Translations under genes and position numbers: made by a program
NCBI RefSeq assembly: GCF_963506605.1
Contig: NC_083277.1
Coordinates: 4,588,001 to 4,652,000, forward strand
Reading direction: 5' to 3'
DNA from: Zootoca vivipara
Taxonomy: Eukaryota
Length of the DNA stretch: 64,000 nucleotides
The notes under the pieces: generated by a model
Seen by the model: only the letters and a program-made list of their open reading frames with translations
Told to the model about the DNA's origin: nothing
The model's database searches: none
Shown: one piece after another, positions 25,672-40,671 of the stretch
Position numbering within the stretch: the stretch's first letter is position 1
Layout: each line of letters starts with the position of its first letter

Positions 25672-26283
25672 AAAATAAAAATAAAAAATCCTTCTAGTAG
25701 CACCTTAGAGCAGTGTTTCTCAACCTTTTTTGGGCCACGGCACACTTGTTCCGTGAAAAAAATCACGAGGCACACCACCATTTAAAAAGTTAAAAAATTT
25801 AATTCTGTGCCGCCCTATATTATAATTATGACTGTAAGAAACACTTGCCCAATATTGCTTTACGGCGGGTCATTGTTGTATATTGGCGGCCGCCAGGCTC
25901 GTTTGCACTGAGCTTTGGGAAAGAGGAGGAGAAATATTGCTTTCCGGTGGGTCAGTGTTGATTATTGGCGGCCGCCAAACACGTGACAATGCAAATCGCC
26001 CTTCTGTCGCGGCATGTCGTGGCACACCAGCCAGCGTCTCGCGGCACACTAGTGTGCCACGGAACAGTGGTTGAGAAACGCTGCCTTAGAGACCAACCAA
26101 GTTTGTCATAGGTATGAGCTTTCGTGTGCGTGCACACTTCTGTTTCAGTGTATCTGAAGAAGTCTGCATGCACACAAAAGCTCATACCTATGACAAACTT
26201 GGTTGGTCTCTAAGGTGCTACTGGAAGGATTTTTTATTTTTATTTTGACTGCGTCAGACCAACATGGTTACCTACCTGTAACT
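25672..26283. mobile_element. Penelope-derived palindromic element interrupted by a hAT MITE
   Basis: Inverted arms agtagcaccttagagaccaac...gttggtctctaaggtgctact, matching the termini of the GIY-YIG-bearing copies; uninterrupted paralog at 33265-33480. Confidence 0.7.
25711..26083. mobile_element. hAT (Charlie-like) MITE
   Basis: TIRs cagtgtttctcaacc...ggttgagaaacgctg; 8-bp TSD ccttagag; absent from the paralog at ~33287. Confidence 0.9.
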
Positions 26284-26878
26284 TCTCTTTATATCATTTC
26301 AAATACAATTCATTCAAACACCACATCCTATACATATTTAACACCGTACATCAGTCAGTATTATTGATCGTGAAGCTTATTAAACTTCAAAATGCAAAAA
26401 CTACGCATGATCAGATTAGCTCTCATTTTAAGAGGATGGGGGTTAGCAAATTGATTGAAGTGTGGATTCTAACTAAACATCAGGAAGAACTTTCTGACAG
26501 TAAGAGCTTTTCAACAGGGGAACAAACTCCTTTGCTTAAAATTCTCCAAAGGCCATCTGTCATGGATTCTTCCATTGAGATTTTAGCATTGCAGGAGGTT
26601 GGACTAGTTGTCCCTTGGGTCCATTCCCATGCTACAATTTTATGGCTCTGTATTTTATGTAATAATTGTGAAATGTGAGTGAAAATTGTTCCACACTCCA
26701 TATATTTAAAATGTTTCTCCTATATGAATCCTCTGATGAATATGAGCATTCCACTTTCACCGAAGCTCTATCCACACTCTATGCATTTAAATGGTTTCTT
26801 CCTGGTGTGAATTTGTTGATGTGAAGGTGTGATTACTAGCTGAACCACTTTTCGCACTGCACACATTTAAATGCTTTT

Positions 26879-27946
26879 TTATCCTGTGTGAGTTTGTTGA
26901 TGTTTTCTAAGTGTTCCTCTTCGACTGAAGCTCTTCCCACACTCAATACATTCAAATGGTTTCTCCCCTGTGTGAGACCGTAAATGAATATTAAGACTTC
27001 CCCTCTGACTGAAGCACTTTCCACACACTGTGCATTTAAAGGGTTTCTCCCCTGTGTGAATTTGTAGATGTTTTGCATGGGTTCCACTGTCAGCGGACGT
27101 CTTCCCACACTCCATACATTTAAATGGTTTCTCCCCTGTGTGAGTCTGGTGATGTCTTGTAAGATTTCTACCTTCACTGAAACCTTTCCCACACTCCATA
27201 CATCTATATGGTTTCTCCTCTGTGTGAATTCGGTGATGTCTTGTAAGTGACTGACTTTTAGTGTAGCTCTTTCCACACTCCATACATTTAAATGGTTTCT
27301 CCCCTGTGTGAGTTCTCTGATGGAAAGTAAGGCTTTTCTTCTCTGTGAAGCTCTTTCCACACTCCATACATTCATATGGTTTCTCCCCTGTGTGAATTCG
27401 CTGGTGTAAAGTAAGGCTTTTCTTCCCTGTGAAGCTCTTTCCACACTCCATACATTTAAATGGTTTCTCCCCTGTGTGAATTCGTAAATGTGTTGCATGG
27501 GTTCCACGGTCAGCGGAAGTCTTCCCACACACCATACATTTAAATGGCTTCTCCCCTGTGTGAGTTTGCTGGTGTCTAGTAAGGTGCTTATTCCTCCTGA
27601 AACACTTTCCGCACTCCATACATTTGAATGGCTTCTCTCCTGTATGAATTAGTAGATGTTTTTTAAGGTTTCCACTTTCACGGAAGCTCTTTCCGCACTC
27701 CATACATTTAAATGGTTTCTCCCCTGTGTGAATTCGTAAATGTTTTGCATGGCTTCCACTGTCAGCGGAAGTCTTCCCACACTCCATACACTGAAATGGT
27801 TTTTCCCCTGTGTGAGTTCGCTGGTGCCTAGTAAGGTAATGCTTCCACATGAAACACTTTCCACACTCCATACATTGAAATGGCTTCTCCCCTGTGTGAG
27901 TTTGCTTGTGAGAAGTAAACTTTGTTTTCCATCTTCCTCCTTCCAT
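26879..27946 (-). CDS. C2H2 ZNF (12 intact fingers) made by an in-frame deletion fusing the N-terminal exon to the finger array
   Basis: ORF starts MEGGRW|[16 protein letters not shown]; exon acceptor intact at 28011-28012; same TAA as the 6061 gene. Confidence 0.8.
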   Translation of the reverse strand: MEGGRWKTKFTSHKQTHTGEKPFQCMECGKCFMWKHYLTRHQRTHTGEKPFQCMECGKTSADSGSHAKHLRIHTGEKPFKCMECGKSFRESGNLKKHLLIHTGEKPFKCMECGKCFRRNKHLTRHQQTHTGEKPFKCMVCGKTSADRGTHATHLRIHTGEKPFKCMECGKSFTGKKSLTLHQRIHTGEKPYECMECGKSFTEKKSLTFHQRTHTGEKPFKCMECGKSYTKSQSLTRHHRIHTEEKPYRCMECGKGFSEGRNLTRHHQTHTGEKPFKCMECGKTSADSGTHAKHLQIHTGEKPFKCTVCGKCFSQRGSLNIHLRSHTGEKPFECIECGKSFSRRGTLRKHQQTHTG

Positions 27947-28479
27947 CCTTTCTGGGTTTGTAGGTTCAGCTTTTTTGGTCCTTCCTGAGGAGCTCAGAAG
28001 CTGCAGGTTCCTGGAAGGGAAGAAGCAGCAAAGGGAACTTCAGAGGCCATGCAGGGATTCTCCTGCCCAAAACATTCTGCTGTCCCTGGAGAAGCTCAAA
28101 TGGGGTACCCCCTTCCCAACAGGAGGCCCATTTTTAAAGGTTTTTTTTGGTGGTACCAATTCAATCTATACTCTCCCCGCCAGGGCTTACTTATGAGTAA
28201 ATCTGCACAGGGCTACTTTCTGACACCCAGAAATATGCACCAGGTGAGAAGACTGCTTCCCCCCTCCCTCCAGCCAGGGCTTTCTTGATGTTTCTGCTAA
28301 CTTTGGGGAGGAGGGTTCCCCTCCAGCCCCCACCCAACCATTTCTCCTTCTCTTCCCACAACCCCCTGGAACTCAGCACACCACTCCCAACCTCAGGTAG
28401 TGATGATGATGATGATCCAGCCTCTTTTAAACTATTTTGCAGAGCTCAAAGTTTAAACAAGTTGTGGCTTCTTGGGAGG

Positions 28480-29125
28480 GAGGGAAGCCCCCAGAGACTG
28501 TCCCAGATGGAGCTTTGCTCTAATTTGGTGTCATGCAGCATTCTACCTTAGGAGCCCCCTGTCCCTGAGGGAGTAGCAGATTCCAAATGAGGGGGAGAAA
28601 GGAATTCGGATCCCCTCCCCCACCCCCGTTATGGATGTGACTTTAAGGAGACCCCTGGGTAGGAGGGAGAAACCAAGGCACCCCCTCCGGAGATTTCATC
28701 GTTTAAGATGGAGCCCTTTCTCTCAAGCCCCACCCCATATAACTCATCATATGACACATCATACACAAACGCGCGCACACGAGTTTAAAAGTTGTGGCAC
28801 CTTGGGAGGGAGGGTAGCCCCAGACTCCTGCAGAGACTGTCCCAGGTGGACCTTTGCTCTAATTCGGTGCCATGCAGCATCCTACCTTGGGAGCCCCCAG
28901 TCTCTGAGGGAGAAGCAGATTCCAAGGAGGAAGGGGGAGAAAGGAATTTGGACCCTCCCTCCCCCCACCCCGTTATGGATGTGACTTTAAGGAGACTCCT
29001 GGGCAGGAGGGAGAAACCAAGGTACCCCCTCCGGAGATTTCCTCGTTTAAGATGGAGCCCTTTCTCGCAAGCCCCGCCCCATATAACTGATCATATGACA
29101 CAGCACACAAACGCGCGCACACGAG
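28480..29125. repeat. Local tandem duplication (~340-bp unit) in a ZNF intron
   Basis: cagagactgtcccag...gttatggatgtgactttaaggagac...acaaacgcgcgcacacgagt occurs twice. Confidence 0.8.
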
Positions 29126-29229
29126 TACAGAAACACACACACACATGACACTGACACACACACACACACAAACACAGAGAGAGAGTGCACACCCACCCAC
29201 CTTCACCCCAGCCCCCTCCAGTGTTTTTA

Positions 29230-30170
29230 AACAGCCCGCTCACCCCCCAGGGGTCATGGCTGTGGGGTGGGGGTGCTGGGACCTCAGAGGTCTTGGGTCC
29301 CATGGCTTCCCCACCCAGGGGATCTTCCCATTCACCTCTCAGCCCCCCAATCGCCTACTCTGCACCCCGCGTCGCCACAGAGCCCCCTCCTTCGCCCAAA
29401 GGACTCACCGCCCCAGAGGCCTCCCAAGACGAGCTGAAAGAGACCACACGAGGTGGCGGGACCGGAAGAGGGGCCTTTCCCAGGCCGCTCTAGGCACGCG
29501 GGCTCTCTCGCTCCCCTTAACCCTTACGTGGCCTTGCCGCTCGGGGATTCCTGCCCAGGGGGAAACTGCGCGAGGCACCGGGAGGGATCGATTCAGGACA
29601 GGACTGGGCAACGCTCTGCTAGGCTCCCACGCTGGGAAAGGGGCATATACAGGGGCCAGCTCCTAGGGGCCCGGGGCCCTTGGGGGAGGGGATGGCATAT
29701 TGGAGGGGCGATAGGTGGGATGGTTCAGTGGGTACAGCATGAGGCTCTTCATCTCAGGGTTGCGGGTTAGAGACCCATGTTGGGCAAAAGAGGGGGTTGG
29801 ACAAGATGGGGGGGGCGGACAGGGCCAGGCTACAAGATTTTCGGCCCTGTCGGGGGCGAGTGGGCTTACATGGACAGAACCAGGGAATGGGAGAGTTGGA
29901 AGGGGACCTGCGAGGGTCATCCAGCCCAACCCGCTGCAATGCTGGAATCGCCACGGAAGCATCCACGAGAGACGGCCTCCCCCTGCCACTCGATGCAACT
30001 CTGTGGGAGGAAAGGGAATATTCTCCCCACTCCACCAAACCTCACCTCTGCCAGCCTCCAGACATGGGCGTAGTCAGGGGGCATCTGCAAACCTTGCCCC
30101 GCAATCAAGTAAATAAATACTGTACAAAGACTTCACTAACTGACAGATCATGTTGCAGATAGCTCGGTTC
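29230..30170 (-). promoter_or_regulatory. GC-rich promoter / first-exon module (copy 3)
   Basis: Direct paralog of 11100-12120; minus-strand donor at ~29403-29408. Confidence 0.55.
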
Positions 30171-30483
30171 TGTAAACATCTCAAGGGGAAAGCTCCATTA
30201 AAACCCATGGGATCTGCATCTGAGTAAACAGCATGCAAGCTATGCCAACCTAGCAGTTCGAAAGTATGTCAGTGCAATTAGATAAAGAGGTACCGCTGTT
30301 TCTGTGCGCTCTAACACTCGTCACTCTCCTCCGTGCGCCAGAAGCGGCTTAGTCATGCTGGCCATATGCCCTCAGCCTGTAAAGCGAGATGAGCGCCACA
30401 ACCCCACAGTCGTTCACAATTGGACTTAACTGTCGGGGTCCCTTTACCTTTACCCTTTAAGCATGCATAGAAAGTCTTTATTA

Positions 30484-30489
<6 letters not shown>

Positions 30490-30542
<53 letters not shown>
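30490..30542. repeat. (CA)n microsatellite
   Basis: Long pure CA run. Confidence 0.95.
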
Positions 30543-30544
<2 letters not shown>

Positions 30545-31799
30545 TTTCCTCTGAAAAGCTCTGCTTAGGGTGGGCAACACAATGTTAATTAAAACTGTGG
30601 CAACAAAACTGGGTAAGATGAATTGCGAGAAAGTAATTAGGCTTTTCCAGCATTTTTCTTCTTTTTTAAAATTAAAACCCTTTCCATAATATTTGTAGTA
30701 TCGGGTTCCACTATGACTGCCACCCCAACAGTCTTTAAAACTAGGATGAAGGTAGAATTTTGCAGATGAACCGGTTAGAAGAGAAGGCTGATAGTGAGGA
30801 TATGGTTGTGCTGTCTGACTGATGTTTGTGAAGCATTTGAGAAGGGGGAAAGTATGAAATACACCACTTCCCTGTTTGTTTGTTTGTTTGTTTGTGTGTG
30901 GGGGATGCTCACAGGGTTGTGTCAGAATAGTAGGAGTCGCACACTAGAAAGTTTCATCCACGTCAAATCAGCTAATCACTAGAGGTTTCTTGAGCTTCAT
31001 AGATGCTTATAGTGATGGAGTCTTTCTTTGCTACGGCAATAGCACTGTTGGTATCGCCTGCCAAGCCAGGACGGGCAGGGATGGGGCTTAAAGGATACCT
31101 ACCCCTGCCCTCCTCCTCCAGCAGCAGAGTGTGCTTACATGATGAGTGGTGACGGGGCTCAGTCGCAATACATGTGCCCATGCATCTAAAAGCGGTCACA
31201 ATTGGACCGTGGCAAGTTGCAAGATGCACCTAGTCCTTAGGGTGTTTCAAATGCTGCTCTTGCCCCTAGACAAAGGAAGCACTATAGGTTTTTAAAAGTG
31301 TGTTAAGTGTGTTATAACACTGTGACACCAGATGGCTCTGTGGAGTTCCATCTTTTGCCAACATGATTTCCCATTAGGAACGTTTTACAACACGTTTTCC
31401 TGAAACTTTTTTGATGTGTCTAGATGCAGCGTAGATTTCAGGATTGCTGTGCTGGAGAAATTTAAAAGGGGTTCCTCGAATGAACATCTCCCACCCAGAA
31501 AACAAAAGAATGGAAGCTCCAAGTGAAAGGACAGGCCTTTATTGAACTACACACAGAGAGACAGCCTCAAAAATGAGGAGGATGTGAATAAACACATCTA
31601 AAGATATGTTCAATATACACTTCTAGAGTACATTTGTGATTTCATTTCACCATCGAAGGATTCCAGCAATCTGAGTAGTTGCAACCCACTGTCACCATCC
31701 TGAAAAGTCCCATGGCTGGGCATGATTGTGATTGATCTTGAATTGTTATTTAGGTAGATGAAAGAGGATATTGGGAGACATTTAATGTGTGTTTGTAAT

Positions 31800-32366
<567 letters not shown>

Positions 32367-34304
32367 CCTCACATCACGCAGGGAGGGAACTGCCAGAAGG
32401 CCATTGGTGCTGGACTTCAGTGTCTGGGTTGAACGATGGGGGTGGAGACGCTCCTTCAGGTATACTGGGCTGAGGACGTTTAGGGCTTGAAAGGTCAGCA
32501 GCAATACTTTGAATTATGCTTGGAAATGTACTGGGAGCCAATGGAGGTCTTTCTAGACCAGTGTTATGTGGTTGACCAACGCAACCAAGGCAGTTTCTGT
32601 CCCCTGATGAGGCCTGAATCCCGATTGGAATTCCTGCCAATAAAAAACCAGATAAGGTGTGGGGAGGATCCCGATCCCTCACAGAAGCACTAGATCTGGG
32701 TATGTTGACAGATTGTCATCAAATGCTCTTGTGAAAGACTGACACACTTCTCCCCCCCTCTACATTTTATCGCCGCAACAACCCCGTCAGGTGGGTTGGG
32801 CTGAGAAATTGTGACAGTTGCTCCAAGAGAGGTATCTCTGATACAGACCGCGTGTAGAGTAGAAAACAATTAGTCTCCAGTACAAAGGATGAGTTTCAAA
32901 GCTTTACTGCAGAACAGTCTTAAGAGAGTTGAAAATGAAGCTTACAAACATACAAATTAATACATTGCTCCGCTGAGGTCTCAGGTTCCATTTTCTGCCA
33001 AAAGAGACCACTTGGGTTTCAGGCAATGAGTCATCATTTAGCCCAGGGTTTTCCAAACTTGGTTCTCCAGCTGCTTATGGACTACAACTCCCATCATCCC
33101 TAGCTAGCAGGACCAGTGGTCAGGAATGATGAGAACTGTAGTCCAAAAACAGCTGGAGACCCAAGTCTGGGAAACCCTGATTTAGCCAAAACCCTCAAAA
33201 CAGAAACATCCCACAATTTGTTGCAGACAAACCTCTCCTGTCTAATGCAAACTTCTCTTTATATCAAAATAAAAATAACCTTACCACCTTAGAGACCAAC
33301 CAAGTTTGTCATAGGTATGAGCTTTCGTGTGCATGCACACTTCTTCAGATAAGTGAAGAAGTGTGCATGCACACGAAAGCTCATACCTATGACAAACTCG
33401 GTTGGTCTCCAAGGTGCTACTGGAAGGATTTATTTTTATTTTGACTGCGTCAGACCAACACGGCTACCTACCTGTAACTTCTCTTTATATCGTTTCAAAT
33501 ACAATTCATTCAAACACCACATCTTATACATATTAAACACCGTACATCAGTCAGTATTATTGATCGTGAAGCTTATTAAACTTCAAAATGCAAAAACTAC
33601 GCATGATCAGATTAGCTCTTATTGTAAGAAGATGGGGGTTACCAAATTGATTGAAGTGTGGATTCTAACTAAACATCAGGAAGAACTTTCTGACAATAAG
33701 AGCTTTTCAACAGGGGAACAAACACCTTTGCTTAAAATTCTCCAAATGCCATCTGTCATGGATTCTTCCATTGAGATTTTAGCATTGCAAAAGGTTGGAC
33801 TAGATGTCCCTTGGGGCCCTTCCCATTCTACTATTTTATGGCTCTGTATTTTATGTGATAAGAGTGAAATGTGAGTGGAAATTGTTCCACACTCCATATA
33901 TTTAAAATGTTTCTCCTATGTGAATTCGCTGATGAATATGAACATTCCACTTTCACTGAAGCTCTTTCCACACTTCAGGCATTTAAATGGTTTCTTCCAG
34001 GTGTGAATTTGTTGATGTGAAGGAATGATTACAAGCTGAGCCACTTTCCGCACTGCACACATTTAAATGCTTTTTTTATCCTGTGTGAGTTTGTTGATGT
34101 TTTCTAAGTGTTCCTCTTTGATGGCAGCTCGTCCCACACTCCATACATTAAAATGGTTTCTCCCGTGTGAGACCATTGATGAATGGTGACCACTGAAATG
34201 GTTTCTCCCCTGTGTGAGTTCTCTGATGTAAAGTATGGCTTGTCTTCCATGTGAAGGTCTTCACACACTCCATACATTAAAATGGTTTCTCCCCTGTATG
34301 AATT

Positions 34305-35159
<855 letters not shown>

Positions 35160-35189
35160 TCATAGATGTTTTTTAAGGTTTTCACTTTA

Positions 35190-35285
<96 letters not shown>

Positions 35286-35330
35286 TCAGTTTGTTTGTTT
35301 ATGTCTAGTAAGGTTTGCACTGTGCCGAAA

Positions 35331-37265
35331 ACGAAAACCATCCCAAGGAAAAGGAAATGCAAGAAAGCAAAATGGCTGTCCAACGAGGCCTTACAAATAG
35401 CAGAGGAGAGGAGGCAAGCAAAATGCAAGGGAGATAGGGAAAGATACAGGAAACTGAATGCAGATTTCCAAAAAACAGCAAGGAGAGACAAGAGGGTCTT
35501 CTTAAACGAGCAATGCAAAGAAATAGAGGAAAACAATAGAATGGGGAAAACCAGAGATCTGTTCAAGAACATTGGAGATATGAAAGGAACATTTCGTACA
35601 AAGATTACCATAATAAAGGACAAAAGTGGTAAGGACCTAACAGAAGCAGAAGACATCAAGAAGAGGTGGCAAGAATACACAGAGGAATTATACCAGAAAC
35701 ATATGGAGGTCTCGTACACCCCAGGTAGTGTGGTTGCTGACCTTGAGCCAGACATCTTGGAAAGTGAAGTCAAACGGCCTTAGAAATCACTGCTAATAAC
35801 AAGGCCAGTGGAAGTGATGATATTCCAGCTGAACTATTTAAAAATTTAAAAGATGATGCTGTTAAGGTGCTACACCCAATATGCCAGCAAGTTTGGAAAA
35901 CTCAGCAGTGGCCAGAGGATTGGAGAAGATCAGTCTACACCCCAATCTCAAAGAAGGGCAGTGCCAAAGAATGCTCCAACTACCACACAATTGCGCTCAT
36001 TTCACCCGCTAGCAAGGTTATGCTTAAAATTCTACAAGGCAGGCTTAGGCAGTATGTGGACCAAGAACTCCCAGAAGTGCAAGCTGGATTTCAAAGGGGC
36101 AGAGGAACCAGAGACCAAATAGCAAACATGCGCTGGATTATGGAGAAAGCTAGAGTTCCAGAAAAACGTCTACTTCTGCTTCATTGACTATGCAAAAGCC
36201 TTTGACTGTGTCGACCACAGCAAACTATGGCAAGTTCTTAAAGTAATGGGAGTGCCTGATCACCTCATCTGTCTCCTGAGAAATCTCTATGTGGGACAAA
36301 AAGCTACAGTTAGAACTGGATATGGAACAACTGACTGGTTCAAAATTGGGAAAGGAGTACGACAAGGTTGTATATTGTCTCCCTGCTTATTTAACTTATA
36401 TGCAGAATTCATCATGCGAAAGGCTGGACTAGATGAATCCCAAGCTGAAATTAAGATTGCCGGAAGAAATATCAACAACCTCAGGTATGCAGATGACACA
36501 ACCTTGATGGCAGAAAGTGAGGAGGAATTAAAGAACCTTTTAATGAGGGTGAAAGAGGAGAGCGCAAAATATGGTCTGAAGCTCAACATCAAAAAACCAA
36601 GATCATGGCCACTGGTCCCATCACCTCCTGGCAAATAAAAGGGGAAGAAATGGAGGAAGTGAGAGATTTTACTTTCTTGGGCTCTTTGATCACTGCAGAT
36701 GGTGACAGCAGTTACGAAATTAAAAGACGCCTGCTTCTTGGGAGAAAAGCAATGACAAACCTAGACAGCATCTTAAAAAGCAGAGACATCACCTTGCCTA
36801 CAAAGGTCCATATAGTTAAAGCTATGGTTTTCCCAGTAGTGATGTATGGAAGTGAGAGCTGGACCATAAAGAAGGCTGACCGCCAAAGAATTGATGCTTT
36901 TGAATTATGGTGCCGGAGGAGACTCTTGAGAGTCCCATGGATTGCAAGAAGATCAAACTTATCCATTCTGAAGGAAATCAGCCCTGAGTGCTCACTGGAA
37001 GGACAGATCGTGAAGCTGAGGCTCCAATACTTTGGCCACCTCATGAGAAGAAAAGACTCCCTGGAAAAGACCCTGATGTTGGGAAAGATTGAGGGCACTA
37101 GGAGAAGGGGACGACAGAGGACGAGATGGTTGGACAGTGTTCTTGAAGCTACGAACATGAGTTTGACCAAACTGCAGGAGGCAGTGGAAGACAGGAGTGC
37201 CTGGCGTGCTATGGTCCATGGGGTCACGAAGAGTCGGACACGACTAAACGACTAAACAACAACAA
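35331..37265 (+). mobile_element. Bov-B (RTE clade) LINE, 5'-truncated and frameshifted
   Basis: RT motifs GVRQGCILSP and NLRYADDTTLMAESEEELK; C-terminus VHGVTKSRTRLND; (caa)n tail. Confidence 0.95.
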
Positions 37266-37791
37266 TGCCTGAAGCTCTTTCCACACTCTGTACATCTAAA
37301 GGGTTTCTCCCGTGTGAATTCGTAGATGTACAGTAAGTTCTCCATTTTCTCTGAAGCCCTTTCCACACACAATACATTTAAATGGTTTCTCCCCTGTGTG
37401 ACTTTGGTGATGTCTTGTAAGTTTTCCACCTTCACTGAAACCTTTCCCACACTCCATACATCTACATGGTTTCTCCTCTGTGTGAGTTCGGTGGTGTCTT
37501 GTAAGTGACTGACTTTTAGTGTAGCTCATTCCACATTTAAAAGGTTTCTCCCCTGTGTGAGTTCTCTGATGTAAAGTAAGGGTTGTCTTCCGTGTGAAGC
37601 TCTTTCCACACTCCATACATTTAAATGGTTTCTCCCCTGTGTGAATTTGTAGATGTTTTTTAAGGGAGCAACTTCGATTGAAGCAACTTCCACACTCCAT
37701 ACATTTAAACGGTTTTTCTCCTGTGTGAATTCGTAGATGTGTTGAATAGTGTCCACTTTCTGTAAAATTCTTCCCACACTCCATACATTTA

Positions 37792-37953
<162 letters not shown>

Positions 37954-39008
37954 TCATATGGTTTCTCCCGTGTGAATTCGTAAATGTGTTGCATGGGTTC
38001 CACGGTCAGCGGATGTCTTCCCACACACCATACATTTAAATGGCTTCTCCCCAGTGTGAATTCGTAGGTGTTTTTTAAGGTTTCCACTTTCACGGAAACA
38101 TTTAAATGGTTTTCCTCCTGTGTGAATCCGTTGATGTTTTCTATGGGTTCCAGAATCAGCAAATGTCTTTCCACACTCCATACACTGAAATGGCTTCTCC
38201 CCTGTGTGAGTTTGCTTCTGAGAAGTAAACTTTGTTTTCTGGATGAAGCACTTTCCGAACACCATGCATTTAAATGGTTTCTTCAATGAAATTCCAGGTG
38301 ACTTCTTGGAATTCTGACTATTTTTTCCATCATCTGCTTGGGGAGGAAAGAAAATCCTGTTAGGCTTCCAAGGAAGAGGAAGAAGTAACAAAACACACAT
38401 CTGGTGCAAATAGCACCTCTTATTTCAATATCTCTTACGTTCTCCCTTTTCATGTTCCAATTTTTTAGGAATACACCGAAAATAATGTCAAAATATAGTA
38501 ATGCCAAGTGTTACAATCTCGGCAGCAAATTAAAACTTTCCTCTTTTCCCTGGCCTTTGCCTAATTATATCATCTCTGTCTCTTTAAATTGTGTGTGTAC
38601 TGTTTTGGTTGTTACGATGTTATGTATTTTTCTTTTTTAATATTGTAAACCAGGCAGTGATGCTTATATGAAGGGTGGCATATGAACAATTCTATGTAGA
38701 CTTGGAAAAGACCCCAAGGTTCCTCTTCTCCAAACTTCTGCAATGCAGCAATCTCAACTCTGCATCCAACCTCTGTTTAAAAGCCCCCAAAGGAGAAGAG
38801 TCTACCACTATTAGAGGATGTCTGTTCTACTGTCTAGCTGGATTCACATTTTTTATCATTTGAATCCATTGGATCAGTTCCTACCCTCCAGTGATAAAGA
38901 TAACAAGCTTGCTCTCTTCCCAGTCTCCTTTTATCCAGGCTAATCAAACCCAGCTTCCTCAACTATTCCTCATAAGGCTTGGTTTCCAGTCCCTTGATTA
39001 TGTTAAGC

Positions 39009-39145
39009 CAGGCATCCCCCAACTTCGGCCCTCCAGATGTTTTGGACTACAATTCCCATCTTCCCTGACCACTGGTCCTGTTAGCTAGGGATCATGGGAG
39101 TTGTAAGCCAAAAACATCTGGAGGGCCGCAGTTTGGGGATGCCTG
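39009..39145. mobile_element. hAT-type MITE (same family as 1392-1527)
   Basis: TIRs; 8-bp TSD tgttaagc. Confidence 0.9.
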
Positions 39146-40099
39146 TGTTAAGCTATGATATTCAGTCCCCACTGAAATTCAGTCCCCACTGAAATTCATT
39201 TTTGCCCAGTACTCCAATCTGTTATGGTGATATTGAATCTCCTGCTCTGGCATAATCTGCACATTGGATGAGCAGCCATCCCCTCAATTCCTTAATCTAT
39301 GTTGTTTATAAAGACGTTGCACAACAGACTCAGGCCAACTGAAGCCACGCCACTATGGCCACCTGAGCCTCAAAGGACAGCAAAGGATGCAGAAGTCCCT
39401 CCATCATGAGAAGGCAACCTCCCCGCCATCCAGTCTAGGGAACCACCCATTAACTGGGCCTCTGTCTTATCTGGATTCAGCTTCAGTTTGTTGGATCTCA
39501 TCCAGTCCATTACCGAGGCAAGACAATGGTCTAGCACACCTGCTGCCTGTATGAGATATAGAGCTGAGTGTCATCAGCATATTGCTGACAAGGTACTCCA
39601 AACCTCTGGGTAACTCCACTTAGTGGTATCATATAGACGTTATACAGCAAAGGGGATAAAATTGAACCCTGAGGAATCCCACATTGAAGGTTCCACAGGG
39701 CTGAAGAATACTCTCCAAGCAAGTGGTCAAGAATCTTGCCTGAAAAGGGGAGATCAGCAACTACCCAGGAGTCCTGCAGAGGAAATAGCACCTAAAATTC
39801 AAATGCCAGGGAAAAGGTTTTTCTCTTCACCATCCATCTATTGATCCATCTATGTCCCCATCTCCACTCCCCTGGAACTCACCAGTTGTCTCTGAGGGCC
39901 CTGGGAGAAAATGTCCAGAGGTTGTGGGGAGGGATGCAGGAGGCAGTCTGACAAGGTCAACTCTCCATCCTCCTCCTTCCGTCCTTGCTAGGTTTGCAGG
40001 TTCAGCCTCTTTGGTCTTTCCTGAGGAGCTGAGGATCTCTCCCTCATCACAGTTGATGAGGAATATGAAGACGAGCAACCAAGTCAGTCCTCTGGAAAT

Positions 40100-40666
40100 A
40101 TGCAGGTAACCTTGGAAGGGACAGCACATAGAAGAATCCCAACCAAGCCTATGAAGAGGCGTGTAGTGGTGATTGGGGATTCCCTACTGAGGGGTACAGA
40201 AGCAGTGATCTGTGGGCCTGACAAGATGTCTCGAGAGGTGTGCTGTCTACCTGGGGCCAAGATCAAAGATGTAACAGAACGGCTGCAAGGAATCATAAAA
40301 CCCACCGACAAATACCCCTTCCTTTTGGTGCATGTGGGAACCAATGACACTGCAAGCCATAGCTTACAGAAGATCAAAAATGATTATGAGGCTCTGGGCA
40401 GGAAGTTGAAGCAATTAGATGCACAAATTGTCATCTCTTCTGTCCTCCCAGTTGAACGACATGGCCCAGCGAGAGAGGGAAAAATAGGGGAAGTGAACAA
40501 CTGGCTTCGCAAATGGTGCAAACAGGAACGGTTTGGATTCCTAGATCACGGTCTGCAGTTTCTTGAAGATGGACTTCTGGCAAGTGATGGACTGCACCTC
40601 ACAAAAGTTGGGAGGAATGTTTTTGCCACAAAACTCAAAAACCTCATCAGGAGGGCTTTAAACTGA
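40100..40666 (+). CDS. CR1 ORF1 C-terminal SGNH/GDSL esterase-like domain (5'-truncated)
   Basis: [24 protein letters not shown] and DGLH motifs. Confidence 0.9.
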   Translation: MQVTLEGTAHRRIPTKPMKRRVVVIGDSLLRGTEAVICGPDKMSREVCCLPGAKIKDVTERLQGIIKPTDKYPFLLVHVGTNDTASHSLQKIKNDYEALGRKLKQLDAQIVISSVLPVERHGPAREGKIGEVNNWLRKWCKQERFGFLDHGLQFLEDGLLASDGLHLTKVGRNVFATKLKNLIRRALN

Positions 40667-40671
40667 CTTAT

